NCBI GenBank assembly: GCA_009914755.4
Contig: CP068257.2
Span: forward strand, 10,080,001-10,144,000
Reading direction: 5' to 3'
From: the human T2T-CHM13v2.0 reference genome, Homo sapiens
Length of the DNA: 64,000 nucleotides
Shown: piece after piece, positions 43,929 to 55,400 of the stretch
Layout of the letters: each line of letters begins with the position of its first letter
Position numbering within the stretch: position 1 is the first letter of the stretch
Made by a program: the position numbers and the translations under genes
The notes under the pieces: model-generated
What the model was told of the DNA's origin: nothing
What the model saw: the letters and a program-made list of their open reading frames with translations, nothing else
The model's database searches: none

Positions 43929-44700
43929 AATAAGAATGGTTCAACTCTATGAGATGAATGCACACATCACAAATAAGTTTCTAAGAAAGTTTCTGTCTAC
44001 ATTTTATATGAAGATATTTCCTTTTTCACCATAGGACTCAAAGAACTCACAAATATCCCTTTGCAGATTATACAACAAAAGAGTTTCCCATCTGCTCAAT
44101 GAAAAGAAATGTTTACCTCTGTGAGATGAATGCACACATTACAAAGCAGTTTCTCAGAAACTTTCTGTCTAGTTTTTATGTGAAGACATTTACTTTTTCC
44201 TCATAGGCCTCAAAGCGCTCACAAATATCCTTTGCTGATTCTACAAAAAGACTGTTTCCAAACTGATCAATCAAAAGAATGGTTCAACTGATTCAGATGA
44301 GTGCACACATAACACAGAAGTGTCCCAGAAAGCTTCCATCTAGTTTTCATGTGAGGATATTTCCTTTTCCACCATTGGCCCCCAAGTGTTCACAAATAAT
44401 CCTTTGCAGAATCTACAAAAAGATGGTTTCCAATACACTCAATCAATAGAAAGGTTCAATTCTGTGAGATGAATTCACACATCAAAAACAGTTTCACAGA
44501 AATCTTCTTTCTAGTTTTTCTGTGAAGATATTTCTTTTTCACCATAGGCTACAAAACGCTCACAAATATCCTTTTGCTGATTCTACAAAAAGACTGTGAC
44601 CAAACTGCTCAATCAATAGAATGGTTCAACTCTGTGAGATAAATGCACACATCACAAAAATGTTTCTCAGAAAGTTTATGTCTAGTTTTCATGTGAAGAT
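43929..44700 (-). repeat. Alpha satellite, antisense orientation, ending abruptly at the HSat3 junction
   Basis: Alphoid reverse-complement monomers run up to ...tctagttttcatgtgaagat at 44700, immediately followed by cggagtgcagtggaatgaaatggaatgg. Confidence 0.94.
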
Positions 44701-45589
44701 CGGAGTGCAGTGGAATGAAATGGAATGGAATGGAATGCAAAGGAATGGAAGGGAATGGAATGGAGTGAAGTGGAATGGAATGAAATGGAGTGGAGTGGAG
44801 TGATGTGGATTGGACTGGAATGGAGTGGAGTGGAGTGGAATGGAATGGAATAGAGTGGATTTGAAAGGAATGGAATGGAATGGAGCAGAGTGGAGTGGAG
44901 TGGAATGGAATGGAGTGGAATGGAAAGGAGTGGAGTGGAATGGAATGGAGTGGAGTGGAGCGGAATGGAATGGAGTGGAATGGAATGGAGTGGAATGGAA
45001 TGGAGTGGAGTGGAAAGGATTAGAGTGGAGTGAAGTGCAGTGGAGTGGAGTGGAGTTGAAAGGAGTGGAATGGTATGGAATGGAATTGAATGGAATGGAG
45101 TGGAATGGAATGGAATGGAATGGAGTGGAGTGGAGAAGAGTCGAATGGAGTGAAATGGAGTGGAGTGGAGTGGAGTCGAGTGGAATGGAGTGGAACAGAG
45201 TGAAATGGAGTGGAGTGGAGTCGAGTGGAATGGAGTGGAATGGAGTGAAAAGGAGTGGAGTGGAGTGGAATGGAATGGAATGGAATAGAATGGAACGGAA
45301 TGGAATGGAACGTAACAGAATGGAGTGGAGGTGAGTGGAGTGGAGTGGTGCTGAGTGGAATGGATCAGATTGCCGTGGAATGGAATGGAATGGAATGGAA
45401 TGGAATGGAATGGAATGGAATGGAAAGGAATAGAAAGGAGAGTAGTGGAATGGAGAGGAGTGGAGTGCAGTAGAGTGCACTGGAGTGGAATAGAAAGGAG
45501 AGTAGTGGAATGGAGAGCAGTGGAGTGCAGTAGAGTGCACTGGAGTGGAACGTAAAGGAATGGAATGGAATGGTATGGAATGGTGAAAT

Positions 45590-45658
45590 GAAGTGAGAGC
45601 TAAGATTGTGCCACTGCACTCCAGTCTGGGTGACAGAGTGAGATCCAATCGAAATAAG
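45590..45658 (+). repeat. Alu 3'-end-derived segment (~65 bp: right-arm end plus degenerate A-tail remnant) embedded in an HSat3 unit, copy 1 of 10
   Basis: gtgagagctaagattgtgccactgcactccagtctgggtgacagagtgagatccaatcgaaataagg compared with Alu gtgagccgagatcgcgccactgcactccagcctgggcgacagagcgagactccgtctcaaaaaa. All CpGs are decayed to TpG/CpA. Confidence 0.85.
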
Positions 45659-46149
45659 GGAATGCAATGAAATGGAGTAGAATGGATGGAATGGAGTGGA
45701 GAGGAATGGAATGGAGTGGAATGGAGTGGAGTGGAATGGAATGAAGTGGAGTGGACTGGAATGGAGTGGAATGGAGTGAAATTGAATGGAGATTAGTGGA
45801 GTGGAGAGGAGAGGAGTGGAATGGAGTCAATTGGAGTGAAATAGAATGGAGTGGAGTTGAGTCGAATGGAATGGAAAAGAGTGGAATGGAATGGAATGGA
45901 ATAGAATGGAGTGGAGTGGAGTGGGGTTGAGTGGAGTGTATCAGAGTGCAGTGGAATGTTATGGAAAGGAATGGAATGGAATGGAACATTGTGGAGTGGA
46001 GTGAAGTGGAGTTGAGAAGAGTGGATCTGAGTGCAGTGGAATGGAATGGAATGGAATGGAATGGAATGGAATGGAATGGAATGGAGTTGAATGGAATGGA
46101 ATGGAGTGGAGTGGAGTGGAATGGAATGGAACAGAATGGTGAAATGAAA

Positions 46150-46215
46150 TGTGTGCTAAGATAGTGCCACTACACTCCAGTCTGGTTGACAGAGTGAGAT
46201 TCAGATGAAATAAAG
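46150..46215 (+). repeat. Alu 3'-end-derived segment in HSat3, copy 2
   Basis: gtgtgctaagatagtgccactacactccagtctggttgacagagtgagattcagatgaaataaagg. Confidence 0.8.
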
Positions 46216-46536
46216 GAAACGAATGGAATGGAGTAGAATGGAATGGAATGGAGTGGAGTGGAGTGCAGTGGGGTGCAGTGGAATGGAATAGAGTAGAGTG
46301 GAATGGAATGGAGAGGAATGGAATGGAGTGGAATGGAACAGGATGGAATGGAACGGGAAAGAATGGAGTGGAGTGGAGTGTAGGTGAATGGAGTGGATCG
46401 GAGTGGAGTGGAATGGAATGGAATGGCACGGAAGGGAGTGGAGTGAAATAGAGTGGAGTGAATTGGAGTGGAGTGGAATGGAGTGGAATGGAATGGAATG
46501 GAGTGGAATGCAATGGAATGGAATGGTGAAATGTGA

Positions 46537-46600
46537 TGTGAGCTAAGATTGTGCCACTGCACTACACTCTGCGGGACAGAGAGACATCCAATCGAAATTG
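46537..46600 (+). repeat. Alu 3'-end-derived segment in HSat3, copy 3
   Basis: gtgagctaagattgtgccactgcactacactctgcgggacagagagacatccaatcgaaattgagg. Confidence 0.8.
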
Positions 46601-48022
46601 AGGAATGCAATGGAATGGAGTAAAGTGGAATGGAATGGAGTGGAGTTGAATAGAATGCAGTGGAATGGAGTGGAGTGGAGTGGAAGGGAGTGGAGTGGAA
46701 TGGAGTGGAATGGAATGGAGTGGAGTGGAATGGAGTGGAATGGAGTGGAATAGAGTGGAATGGAATGGAGTGTAGAGGAAAGAAATGGAGTGGAATGAAA
46801 GGAACGATACAGAATGGAATGGAATGAAGTGTAGTGTAGTGTAGTGTAGTGGAGTTGAGTGGAATGGATCAGAGTGCAGTGGAATTCAATGGAATGGAAT
46901 GGAATGGAGTGGTTTGGAGTGGAGTTGAGTGGAGTAGAGTGGAATAGAGTAGAGAGGAATGGAGAGGAATGGAGTGAAATGGAATGGAGTGGAGTGGAAT
47001 GCAGTAGAATGGAATGGAATGGAATTGAATGGAACAGAATGGAATGGAATGGAAGGGAATGGAGTGGAGTGGAGTGGAGTGGATTGAAGTTGGGTGGAGT
47101 GGATCGGATTGAAGTGGAATGGAATGGAATGGAATGGAGTGGAGTGGAATAAAATGTAATGGAATGGAATGGAATGGGGTGGAGTGGAGTGGAATGGAGT
47201 GGAGTGGATTGAAGTGGAGTGGAGTGGAAAGGAAGGGAGTGGTGTGGAATGGAATGAAATGGAGTGGAGTGGAATGGAATGGAGTGGAATGGAATGGAAT
47301 GGAGAGGAGTGGAATGAAATGGAGTGGAGTGGAACGGAAAGGAGTGGAGTGGAATGGAGTGGAGTGGAGTGGAACGGAATGCAGTGGAAAAGAATGGAAT
47401 GGAGTGGAGTGGAATGGAATGGAGTGGAGTGGAATGGAATGGAGTGGAGTGGAATGGAAAGGAGTGGAGTGGAATGGAGTTGAGTAGAGTGGAGTGGAGT
47501 GGATCGGAGTGCAGTGGAAAGGAATGGAATGGAATGGAATAGAATGGAATGGAATGGAATGGAATATAATGCAGTGGAGTGGAGCGAAGTGGAGTGGAGT
47601 GGAACGAAGTGGATCAGAGTGCAGTGGAATGGAAAGGAATGGAATGGAGTGGAGTGTAGTGTAGTTGAGTGGAGTGGAATGGAATGGAATGGAACGTAAT
47701 GGAATGAAAAGGAATGGAATGGAACAGAGTGGAGTGGAGTGTAGTTGAGGGGAGTGGATTGGAGTGCAGTGAACTGGAATAGAATGGAAGGGAATGGAGT
47801 GGAGTGGAATGGAATTAAATGGAATGAAGTGGATTGGAGAGGAGTGGAGTTTAGTGGAGTGCAGAGGAATGGAATGGAGTGGAGTGGAATGGAAGGGAGT
47901 GGAGTGGAGTGGATCAGAGGCGAGTGGAGTGGAGTGGAATGGAATAAAATGGAGTGTAGTGTAGTGGAGTGGAATGGAATGGAATGGAATGGAATGGAAT
48001 GGAATGAAATGGTGAAATGAAA

Positions 48023-48088
48023 TGTGAGCTAAGATTGTGCCACTGTACTCCAGTATGGGAGACAGAGTGAGATCCAGTCGAAAATAAG
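48023..48088 (+). repeat. Alu 3'-end-derived segment in HSat3, copy 4
   Basis: gtgagctaagattgtgccactgtactccagtatgggagacagagtgagatccagtcgaaaataagg. Confidence 0.82.
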
Positions 48089-49263
48089 GAATGGACTGGA
48101 ATGGAGTAAAATGGAATGGAATGAAGTGGAGTGGAATGGAATGGGTTGGAATGGAGTGGATTGGAGTGGAATGGAGTGGAGTGGAGTGGAATGGTGTGGT
48201 GTGGAATGGTGTGGTGTGGAATGGAATGATATGGAATGGAATGAAGGGGAATGGAGTGGAGTGGAGTGTAATGGAGTTTATTGGAATGGAGTGCAGTGCA
48301 ATGGAAAGGAATGGAATGCATTAGAATGGAATGGAGAGGAATGGATTGGAGTGGAATGGAGTGGACTGGAATGGAACGGAATAGGACGGAAGGGAACGGA
48401 ACAGAATGGAACAGAGTTTAGTGGAGAGTAGTGGAATTGAGTGGGGTGGATCAGAGTGCAGTGGAATGGAATGGAATGAAATGGAATGGTATGAAATGAA
48501 GGGGAGAGGAGTGGAGTGGAGTTGAGTGGAATGGGTTTGAGTGGAGTGGATCGCACTGCAGTGGAATGGAAAGGAATGGAATGGAAAGCAGTACAATGGA
48601 CTGGAGTGGAGTGGAGTGGAGGGGATTGGACTGGAATGGACGGGAGTGGAATGCAGTGGAGGGCAATGGAGTGGAATGGAGTGGAATGGAATGGATAGGA
48701 GTGGAATGGAATGGAATGGAATGGAACGGAATGGAATGGAAGGGAAAGGAATAGAATGGATCGGATCGAGTGGAGTGGAATGGAGTGGAGCGGAGTTGCG
48801 TGGAGTGGAACGGAGTACAAGGGAATGGAATGGAATGGAATGGAATGGAATGGAATGGAATGGAATGGAGTGGAGTAGAATGGGATGGAATGGAGTGGAG
48901 TTAAGTGTAGTGGAGTGGAATGGAGTGTAATAAAGTGAAATGGAGTGGCGCTGTGAGGAGTGGAGTGGAATGGAATGGAATGGAATGCAACAAACCCGAA
49001 CGGAACGGAACAAAACGAAATGGAATGGAGTGGAGTGGAGTGCAGTGGAGTTTAGTGGAGTGGAGTGGACTGGAGAGGAGTGGAGTGGAGTGCAGTGGAG
49101 TGGATTGGAATGGAGTGGAATGGAGTAGAGTGGAATGGAATGGAATGGAACGGAACGCAAAGGAATGTAGCGGAATGGAATGGAACAGAATGGAAAGGAG
49201 TGGAGTGGAGCTGAGTGGAGTGGAGTGAAATGGAATGGAATGGAATGGAATGGTGAAATGAAA

Positions 49264-49330
49264 TGTGAGCTAAGAACGTGTCATTGCACTCCTGTCAGGG
49301 TGACAGAGTGAGATCCAGTTGAAATAAAGG
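49264..49330 (+). repeat. Alu 3'-end-derived segment in HSat3, copy 5
   Basis: gtgagctaagaacgtgtcattgcactcctgtcagggtgacagagtgagatccagttgaaataaagg. Confidence 0.8.
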
Positions 49331-50650
49331 AATAGAATGGAATGGAATGGAGTGGACTGGAATGGAATGGAGTGTACTGGAATGGAATGGAGTGGAATGG
49401 AGTGGAGTAGAATGGAGTGGAGTGGAATGGAGTGGAATGGAGTGGAGTGGAACGGAATGGAATGGAGTGGAGTGGAATGGAGTGGAGTGGAACGGAATGG
49501 AATGGAGTGGAACAGAATATAGTGGAATGGAGTGGAATGGAGTGGAATGGAGTGGAGTGGAACGGAATGGAATGGAGTGGAACAGAATGGAGTGGAATGG
49601 AATAGAATAGAGTGGAGTGGAATGGAATGGAATGGAGTGGAACAGAATGGAGTGGAATGGAACAGAACGGAATGAAACAGAACGGAATGAAACGGAATGG
49701 AGTGGAATGGAGTAGAGTGGAGTGTATAGGACTGAAGTGGAATGGAATGGAATGGAGTGGAGTGGAGCGGACTGGAGTGGAGTGGAGTAGAATGGATTGG
49801 AGTGGAGTGGAGTGGTATATAGAGGAAAGGAATGGAGTGGAGTGGAATGGAATGGAAAGGAGAGGAATGGAAAGTTAAGGAGTGGCATGGAATGGAGTGG
49901 AGTGGAGTTGAGTGGAGTGGATCAGATTGCCGCGGAATGGAATGGAATGTAATGGAATGGAATGGAGAGTTATGGAGTGTAGTGGAATGGAGTGGAGTAG
50001 AGTGGAGTAGAGTGGAATGGAGAGGAGTGGAGTGGATTGGAGTGGAGTGGAATGGAGTGGAGTGTAATCGAATACAATGAAATGGAATGGAATGGAATGG
50101 AGTGGAGTGCAGTGGAGTCGAGTGGAATGGAATGTAGTGGAATAAAGTGGAATGCAATGGAATGGAATGGAGTGCAATGGAACGGAATGGAGTTGCATGG
50201 AACGGAATGGAATGCAGAGTAATGGAATGGAGTGGAGTGGGGAAGAGTGGAGTGCAGTGGAATGGAGTTAAATGAAGTGGAATGGAATGGAGTGGAATGG
50301 AGTGGAGTTCAATGGAATGAAAAGGAATGGAATGGAATGGAACGGAATGGGGTGTAATAGAATGGAATGGAATGGAGTGGAGTAGAATGGAGTGAAGTGA
50401 AGTGGACTGAAGTGGAGTGGAGTGGAGGGTAATGGAGGGGAACGGAATGGGATGGAGTTGAATGGATTGGAGTGGAGTGGAGTGGAATGGAGTGAAATGG
50501 AATGGGATGGAGTGGAGTGGGTTGGAGTGGAGTGGAGTGGAATGGAATGGAATGGAATTGAAAGGAATGGAATTGAATGGAATTGAATGGAATGGAACGC
50601 AATAGAATGGAATGAAATGGAATGCAATGGAATGGAATGGTGAAATGAAA

Positions 50651-50718
50651 AGTGAGCTGAGATTCTGCCACTGCACAGCAGCCTGGGTGACAGAGTGAGA
50701 TAATGTCAAAAGAAAGGG
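50651..50718 (+). repeat. Alu 3'-end-derived segment in HSat3, copy 6
   Basis: gtgagctgagattctgccactgcacagcagcctgggtgacagagtgagataatgtcaaaagaaaggg. Confidence 0.8.
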
Positions 50719-51062
50719 AAGGAATGGAATGGAGTGGAATGGAATGGAATCTAATGGAATTGAATGGAATGGAATCTAATGGAATTGAATGGAATGGAAT
50801 GGAATGGAAAGAAATGGAATGGAATGGAACGTAGTGTAGTGTAGTGGAGTGGAGTGGAGTGGAATGCAGTGCAGTGGAATGGAGTGTAATGAAATGGGAT
50901 ATAATCTAATAGAATGGAGTGGAGTGGACTGGAATGGTGTGGAAGGACATGGGATGCAATGGAGTGGAGTGGAGTGTAATGAAAGGAATGTAGTGGAGAG
51001 GAGTGGAGTGGAGTGGAATGGAATGAAATGGAATAGAATGGAATGGAATGGTGAAATGAAAT

Positions 51063-51128
51063 GTGAGCTGAGATTGTGCCACTGCACTCCAGCCTGTGTG
51101 ACAGTGAGATCCTGTTGAAAGAAAGGTA
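51063..51128 (+). repeat. Alu 3'-end-derived segment in HSat3, copy 7
   Basis: gtgagctgagattgtgccactgcactccagcctgtgtgacagtgagatcctgttgaaagaaagg. Confidence 0.82.
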
Positions 51129-51416
51129 TGGATTAAAATGGAATGGAATTAAATGGAATGGAGTGGATTGGAGTGGAATTTAGCGGAATGCTGTGGAATG
51201 GAATGGGATGGAATGGAATGGAATGGAATGGAGTGGAGTAGAGTGGATTGGAGTGGAGTGGAGTGGAATGGAGTGGAATAGAATGGGATTCAATGGAATG
51301 GAGTGGAGTGGAGTAGAGTGGACTGGAATGGAGTGGAACCGAATGGAATGGAATGGAATGGATTGGAGTGGAATGCAATTGAATGGAATGGAATTGAATG
51401 GAATGGTGAAATGAAA

Positions 51417-51483
51417 TGTGAGCTGAGATACTGCTGCTGCACTCCAGCCTGGGTGACACAGTGAGATCCTGTCAAAAGAAAGG
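51417..51483 (+). repeat. Alu 3'-end-derived segment in HSat3, copy 8
   Basis: gtgagctgagatactgctgctgcactccagcctgggtgacacagtgagatcctgtcaaaagaaagg. Confidence 0.82.
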
Positions 51484-51812
51484 AATGGAATGGAATGGAG
51501 TTGAATGGAATGGAATAGAGTGGAGTGGAGTGGAGTGGAGAGGAATGGAGTGGAATGTGATGGGATGGATTGGAGTGAAATGGAGTGGAGTGGACTGGAC
51601 TGGACTGGAGTGGATTGGAGTGGAATGGAGTGGAATGTAATGGGATGGTTTGGGATGGAGTGGAGTGGACTGGAGGGGTTTATAGTGGAATGGAGTGGAT
51701 GGAATGGAATGGAGTTGAGTGGAGTGAAGTGGAGTGGAGTGCAGTGGAATGTTATGGAATGGAATGGAATGGAATTGAATGGAATGGAATGCAATGGAAT
51801 GCTGAAGTGAAA

Positions 51813-51879
51813 TGTCAGCTGAGATTGCTCCACTGCACTCCAGCCTGGGTGACAGAGTGAGATCCTGTCGAAAGAAAGG
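51813..51879 (+). repeat. Alu 3'-end-derived segment in HSat3, copy 9
   Basis: gtcagctgagattgctccactgcactccagcctgggtgacagagtgagatcctgtcgaaagaaagg. Confidence 0.82.
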
Positions 51880-52125
51880 AATGGAATGGAATGGAATGGT
51901 GTGGTATGGAATGTAATGGAAGGGAGTGTAGTGTAGTCTACTGTACTGTAGTGGAGTGGAGTGGAGTTGAATTCAATGGGATGGCATGAAAGGGAGTGGA
52001 AGTGAGTGGAGTGGAATGCAGTGTACTGGAATGGAGTGGGATTGATTGGAATGGAGTGGAGTGGAGTGCAGCAGAGTGTAGTGAAATGGAATGGAATGGA
52101 GTGGAATGGAATGTTGAAATGTCAT

Positions 52126-52190
52126 GTGAGCTGAGATTGTGCCACTTCACTCCAGGCTTGTCGACAGGGTGAGATACTGTTAAAAGAAAG
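52126..52190 (+). repeat. Alu 3'-end-derived segment in HSat3, copy 10 (most diverged)
   Basis: gtgagctgagattgtgccacttcactccaggcttgtcgacagggtgagatactgttaaaagaaagg. Confidence 0.75.
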
Positions 52191-52413
52191 GAGTGGAATG
52201 GAGTGGAGTTGAATGCAATGGGATGGAATACAATGGAGTGAAGTGGAGTCGAGTGAAGTGGATTGGAGTGGAGTGGAATGGAGAGAACTGGAATCTGATG
52301 GAATGGAATGGAGTGGAGTGGAGTGGAATGGAATGGAATGGAGTGGGGTGGAGTGTAGTGTAGTGGAATGGAGTGGAATGGAATGGGACAGAATGGAATG
52401 CATTGGAGTGGAT

Positions 52414-55400
52414 TGGAGCACTTTGAGGCCTATGGTGGAAAAGTAAATATCTTTACATAAAACCTAGACAGAACATTCTGAGAAACTTCTTTGTGATGTG
52501 TGCGTTCTTCTCACAGAGTTGAATCTTTTTATTGAGCAGTTTGGAAACACTCTTTTTGTAGATTTTGCAAGTGGACATTTGGAGTGATTTGAGGCATATT
52601 TTAAAAAAAAATCTTCACATGAAAACTAGATAGAAGCATTCTGACGAACTTCTTTGTGATATGTGCATTCATCTCAAAGAGTTGAACCTTTCTTTTGATT
52701 CAGCAGTTTTGAAACACCCTTTTTGTACTATCAGCAAGTGGACATTTGGCATGCATTGAGGCCTATGATGGAAAAGGAAATATGTTCACAATAACTAGAC
52801 AGAAGCATTCTGACAAATTTCTTTGTGATGTGTGCATTCATCTCACAAGTTTGAACCTTTGATTTGATTGAACAGCTTTGAAACACTGTACAATCTACGT
52901 GTGGAAATTTGGAGTGCTTCGAAGCCTATGGTGGAAAAGGAAGTATCTTCATATAAAAACTATACAGAAACATTCTGACAAACTTCTTTGTGATGTGTGC
53001 ATTCATCTCACAGATTTGAACCTTTCTTTTCATTGAGCAGTTTTGAAACACGTTTTTGTAGAATCTGTAAGTGTATATTTGGAGAGTTTTCAGGCCTACG
53101 GTGGAAAAGGAAATATCTTCACATAAAAACTAGACAGAAGCATTCTGAGAAACTCCTCTGTGATGTGTGCATTCATCTCAAAGAGTTGAAACTTCCTTTT
53201 GATGTACCAGTTTTGAAATACTCTTTTTGTAGAATCTGCAAGTGGACATTTGGAACGCATTGGGGCCTATGGTAGAAAAGGATACATCTTCATTTAAAAT
53301 CTAGACAAAAGCAATCTGAGAAACTTCTTTGTGATGTGCGCATTCATGTCACAGAGTTAAACCTTTCTTTTGATTGAGCAGTTTTGAAACTCTCCTTTGT
53401 AGAATCTGCAAGTGGAGATTAAGAGCCCTTTGAGGCCTATGGTGGAAAACGAAATATCTTCACATAAAAAGTAGACAGAAGATTTCTGAGTAACTTCTTT
53501 GTGAAGCATGCGTTCATCTCACAGAGTTGAACCTTTCTTTTGATTGAGCAGTTTAGAGACACCCTTTTGTAAAATCTCCCAGTGGACATTGGGAGTGCTT
53601 TGCAGCCTACAGCAGAAAAGGAAATATTTTCACATAAAATCTTGAGAGAAGCAATCTTAGAAACTTCTCTGTGATGTGTGCATTCCTCTCACTGAGTGAA
53701 ACCTTTCTTTTGATTGAGCAGTTTTGAAACTCTCTTTTTGTTGAATCTGCAATTGGACATTGGGAGCACTTTGAGGCCTAAGGTGGAAAAGGAAATATCT
53801 TCACATAAAAACTAGACAGAAGTATTCTGAGAAATTTCTTTTTTATGTGTGCATTCATCTGACAGAGTTGAACCTTTGTTTGATTGAGCAGTATGGAAAC
53901 ACTCTTTCTGTAGAATCTGCAAGTGGACATTTGGAGCGATTTGAGGCCCATGGTAGAAAAGGAACTATCTTCACATAAAATCTAGACAGAAGCAATCTGA
54001 GAAACTTCTTTGTGATATGCGCATTTATCTCACAGAGTTAAACCTTTATTTTGATTGAGCAGTTTTAAAACGCTCTTTTTGTAGGATCTGCAAGTGGACA
54101 TTTGGAGCACTTTGAGGCCAATGGTGGAAAAGGAAATATCTTCACATAAAAACAAGATTGAAGTATTCAGAGAAACTTCTTTGTGTTGTGTGCATTCATC
54201 TCCAGGAGTTGAACCTTCCTTTTGATGTACAAGTTTTGAAATACTCTTTTTGTAGAATCTGCAAGTGGACTTTTGGAGGGCCTTGGGGCCTATGGTAGAA
54301 AAGGATATATCTTCACTTAAAATCTAGACAGAAATAATCTAAGAAATTTATTTGTGATGTGTGCATTCATGTCACAGAGTTAAAACTTTTTTTTGATTGA
54401 GCAGTTTTGAAACTCTCTTTTGTAGAACCTGCAAGTGGAGATTAAGAGCTCTTTGTGGCCCATGGTGGAAAACCAAATATCTTCACATAAAAACTAGACA
54501 GAAGACTTCTGAGTAACTTCTTTGTGAAGCATGCGTTCATCTCACAGAGTTGAGACTTTCTTTTGATTGATCAGTTTGGAGACACTCTTTTGTAAAATCT
54601 CCCAGTGGACATTTGGAGCACTTTGCGGCCTACAGTAGAAAAGGAAATATCTTCACATAAAATCTTGACAGAAGCAATCTTAGAAACTTCTCTGTGATGT
54701 GTGCATTCATCTCACTGAGTGATACCATTCTTTTGAGTGAGAGTTTTGAAACTCTCTTTTTGTTGAATTTGCAATTGGACATTGGGAGCACTTTGAGGAC
54801 TAAGGAGGAAAAGGAAATATCTTCACATAAACTCTTGACAGAAGCAATCATATAAACTTCTTTGTGATGTGTGCATTCATCTCACTGAGTGAAACCTTTC
54901 TTTTGATTGAGCAGTTTGGAAACACTCTTTTTGTAGAATCTGCATGTGGACATTTGGAGCGATTTGAGGCCTATGGTACAGAAGGAAATATCTTAACATA
55001 AAATCTAGACAGAAGCAATCTGAGAAACTTCTTTGTGATGTGTGCATTCATCTCACAGTGTTAAACCTTTCTTTTCATTGAGCAGTTTTAAAACTCTCTT
55101 TTTGTAGGATCTGCAAGTGGACATTTGGAGCACTTTGAGGCCTATGATGGAAAAGGAAATATCTTCACTTAAAAAATAAACAGAAGAATTCTGAGAAACT
55201 TCTTTGTGATGTGTGCATTTATCTCACAGAGTTGAACCTTTCTTTTGATAGAGAAGTTTGGAAACACTCTTTCTGTAGAATCTTTAAGTGGACATTTTGT
55301 TCACCTTTTGGCCTGGGTTAGAAAAGGAAATACCTTCACATAAAATCTAGACAGAAGCAATCTGAGAAACTAATTTGTGATGTGTGCATTCATCTCACAG

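Larger units (their letters stand above)
44701..52413 (+). repeat. HSat3 (classical satellite III, (GGAAT)n / (CATTC)n-derived) array with diverged pentamers (GGAGT, GGAAA, GGAAC...). It carries ten embedded Alu-tail-derived segments and recurrent tggatcagagtgcagtggaatgg / gtggatcagattgccgtggaatgg marker motifs.
   Basis: Direct reading shows ggaatggaatggagtggagtggaatgg... for 7.7 kb. Long stop-free ORFs on both strands ((MEWNG)n on +, (HSIPF)n on -) are the expected artefact of a 5-bp (15-bp in-frame) period. Confidence 0.96.

Noticed and set aside
49270-50709. 479-aa ORF on the minus strand, and many 100-320-aa ORFs on both strands across 44.7-52.4 kb
   Set aside because: Pure (GGAAT)n-derived sequence: the translations are MEWNG / HSIPF / HSTPL pentapeptide repeats. 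A 5-bp repeat has a 15-bp in-frame period and lacks stop codons in several frames, so long ORFs are expected by construction. There are no start or promoter features and no non-repetitive domain.
45590-52190. Ten independent Alu insertions in HSat3
   Set aside because: All copies are the same truncated 3' fragment in the same orientation with the same HSat3 flanks and no individual TSDs. This is amplification of one captured fragment as part of the satellite unit. The rejected interpretation is independent insertion, not the Alu origin itself.
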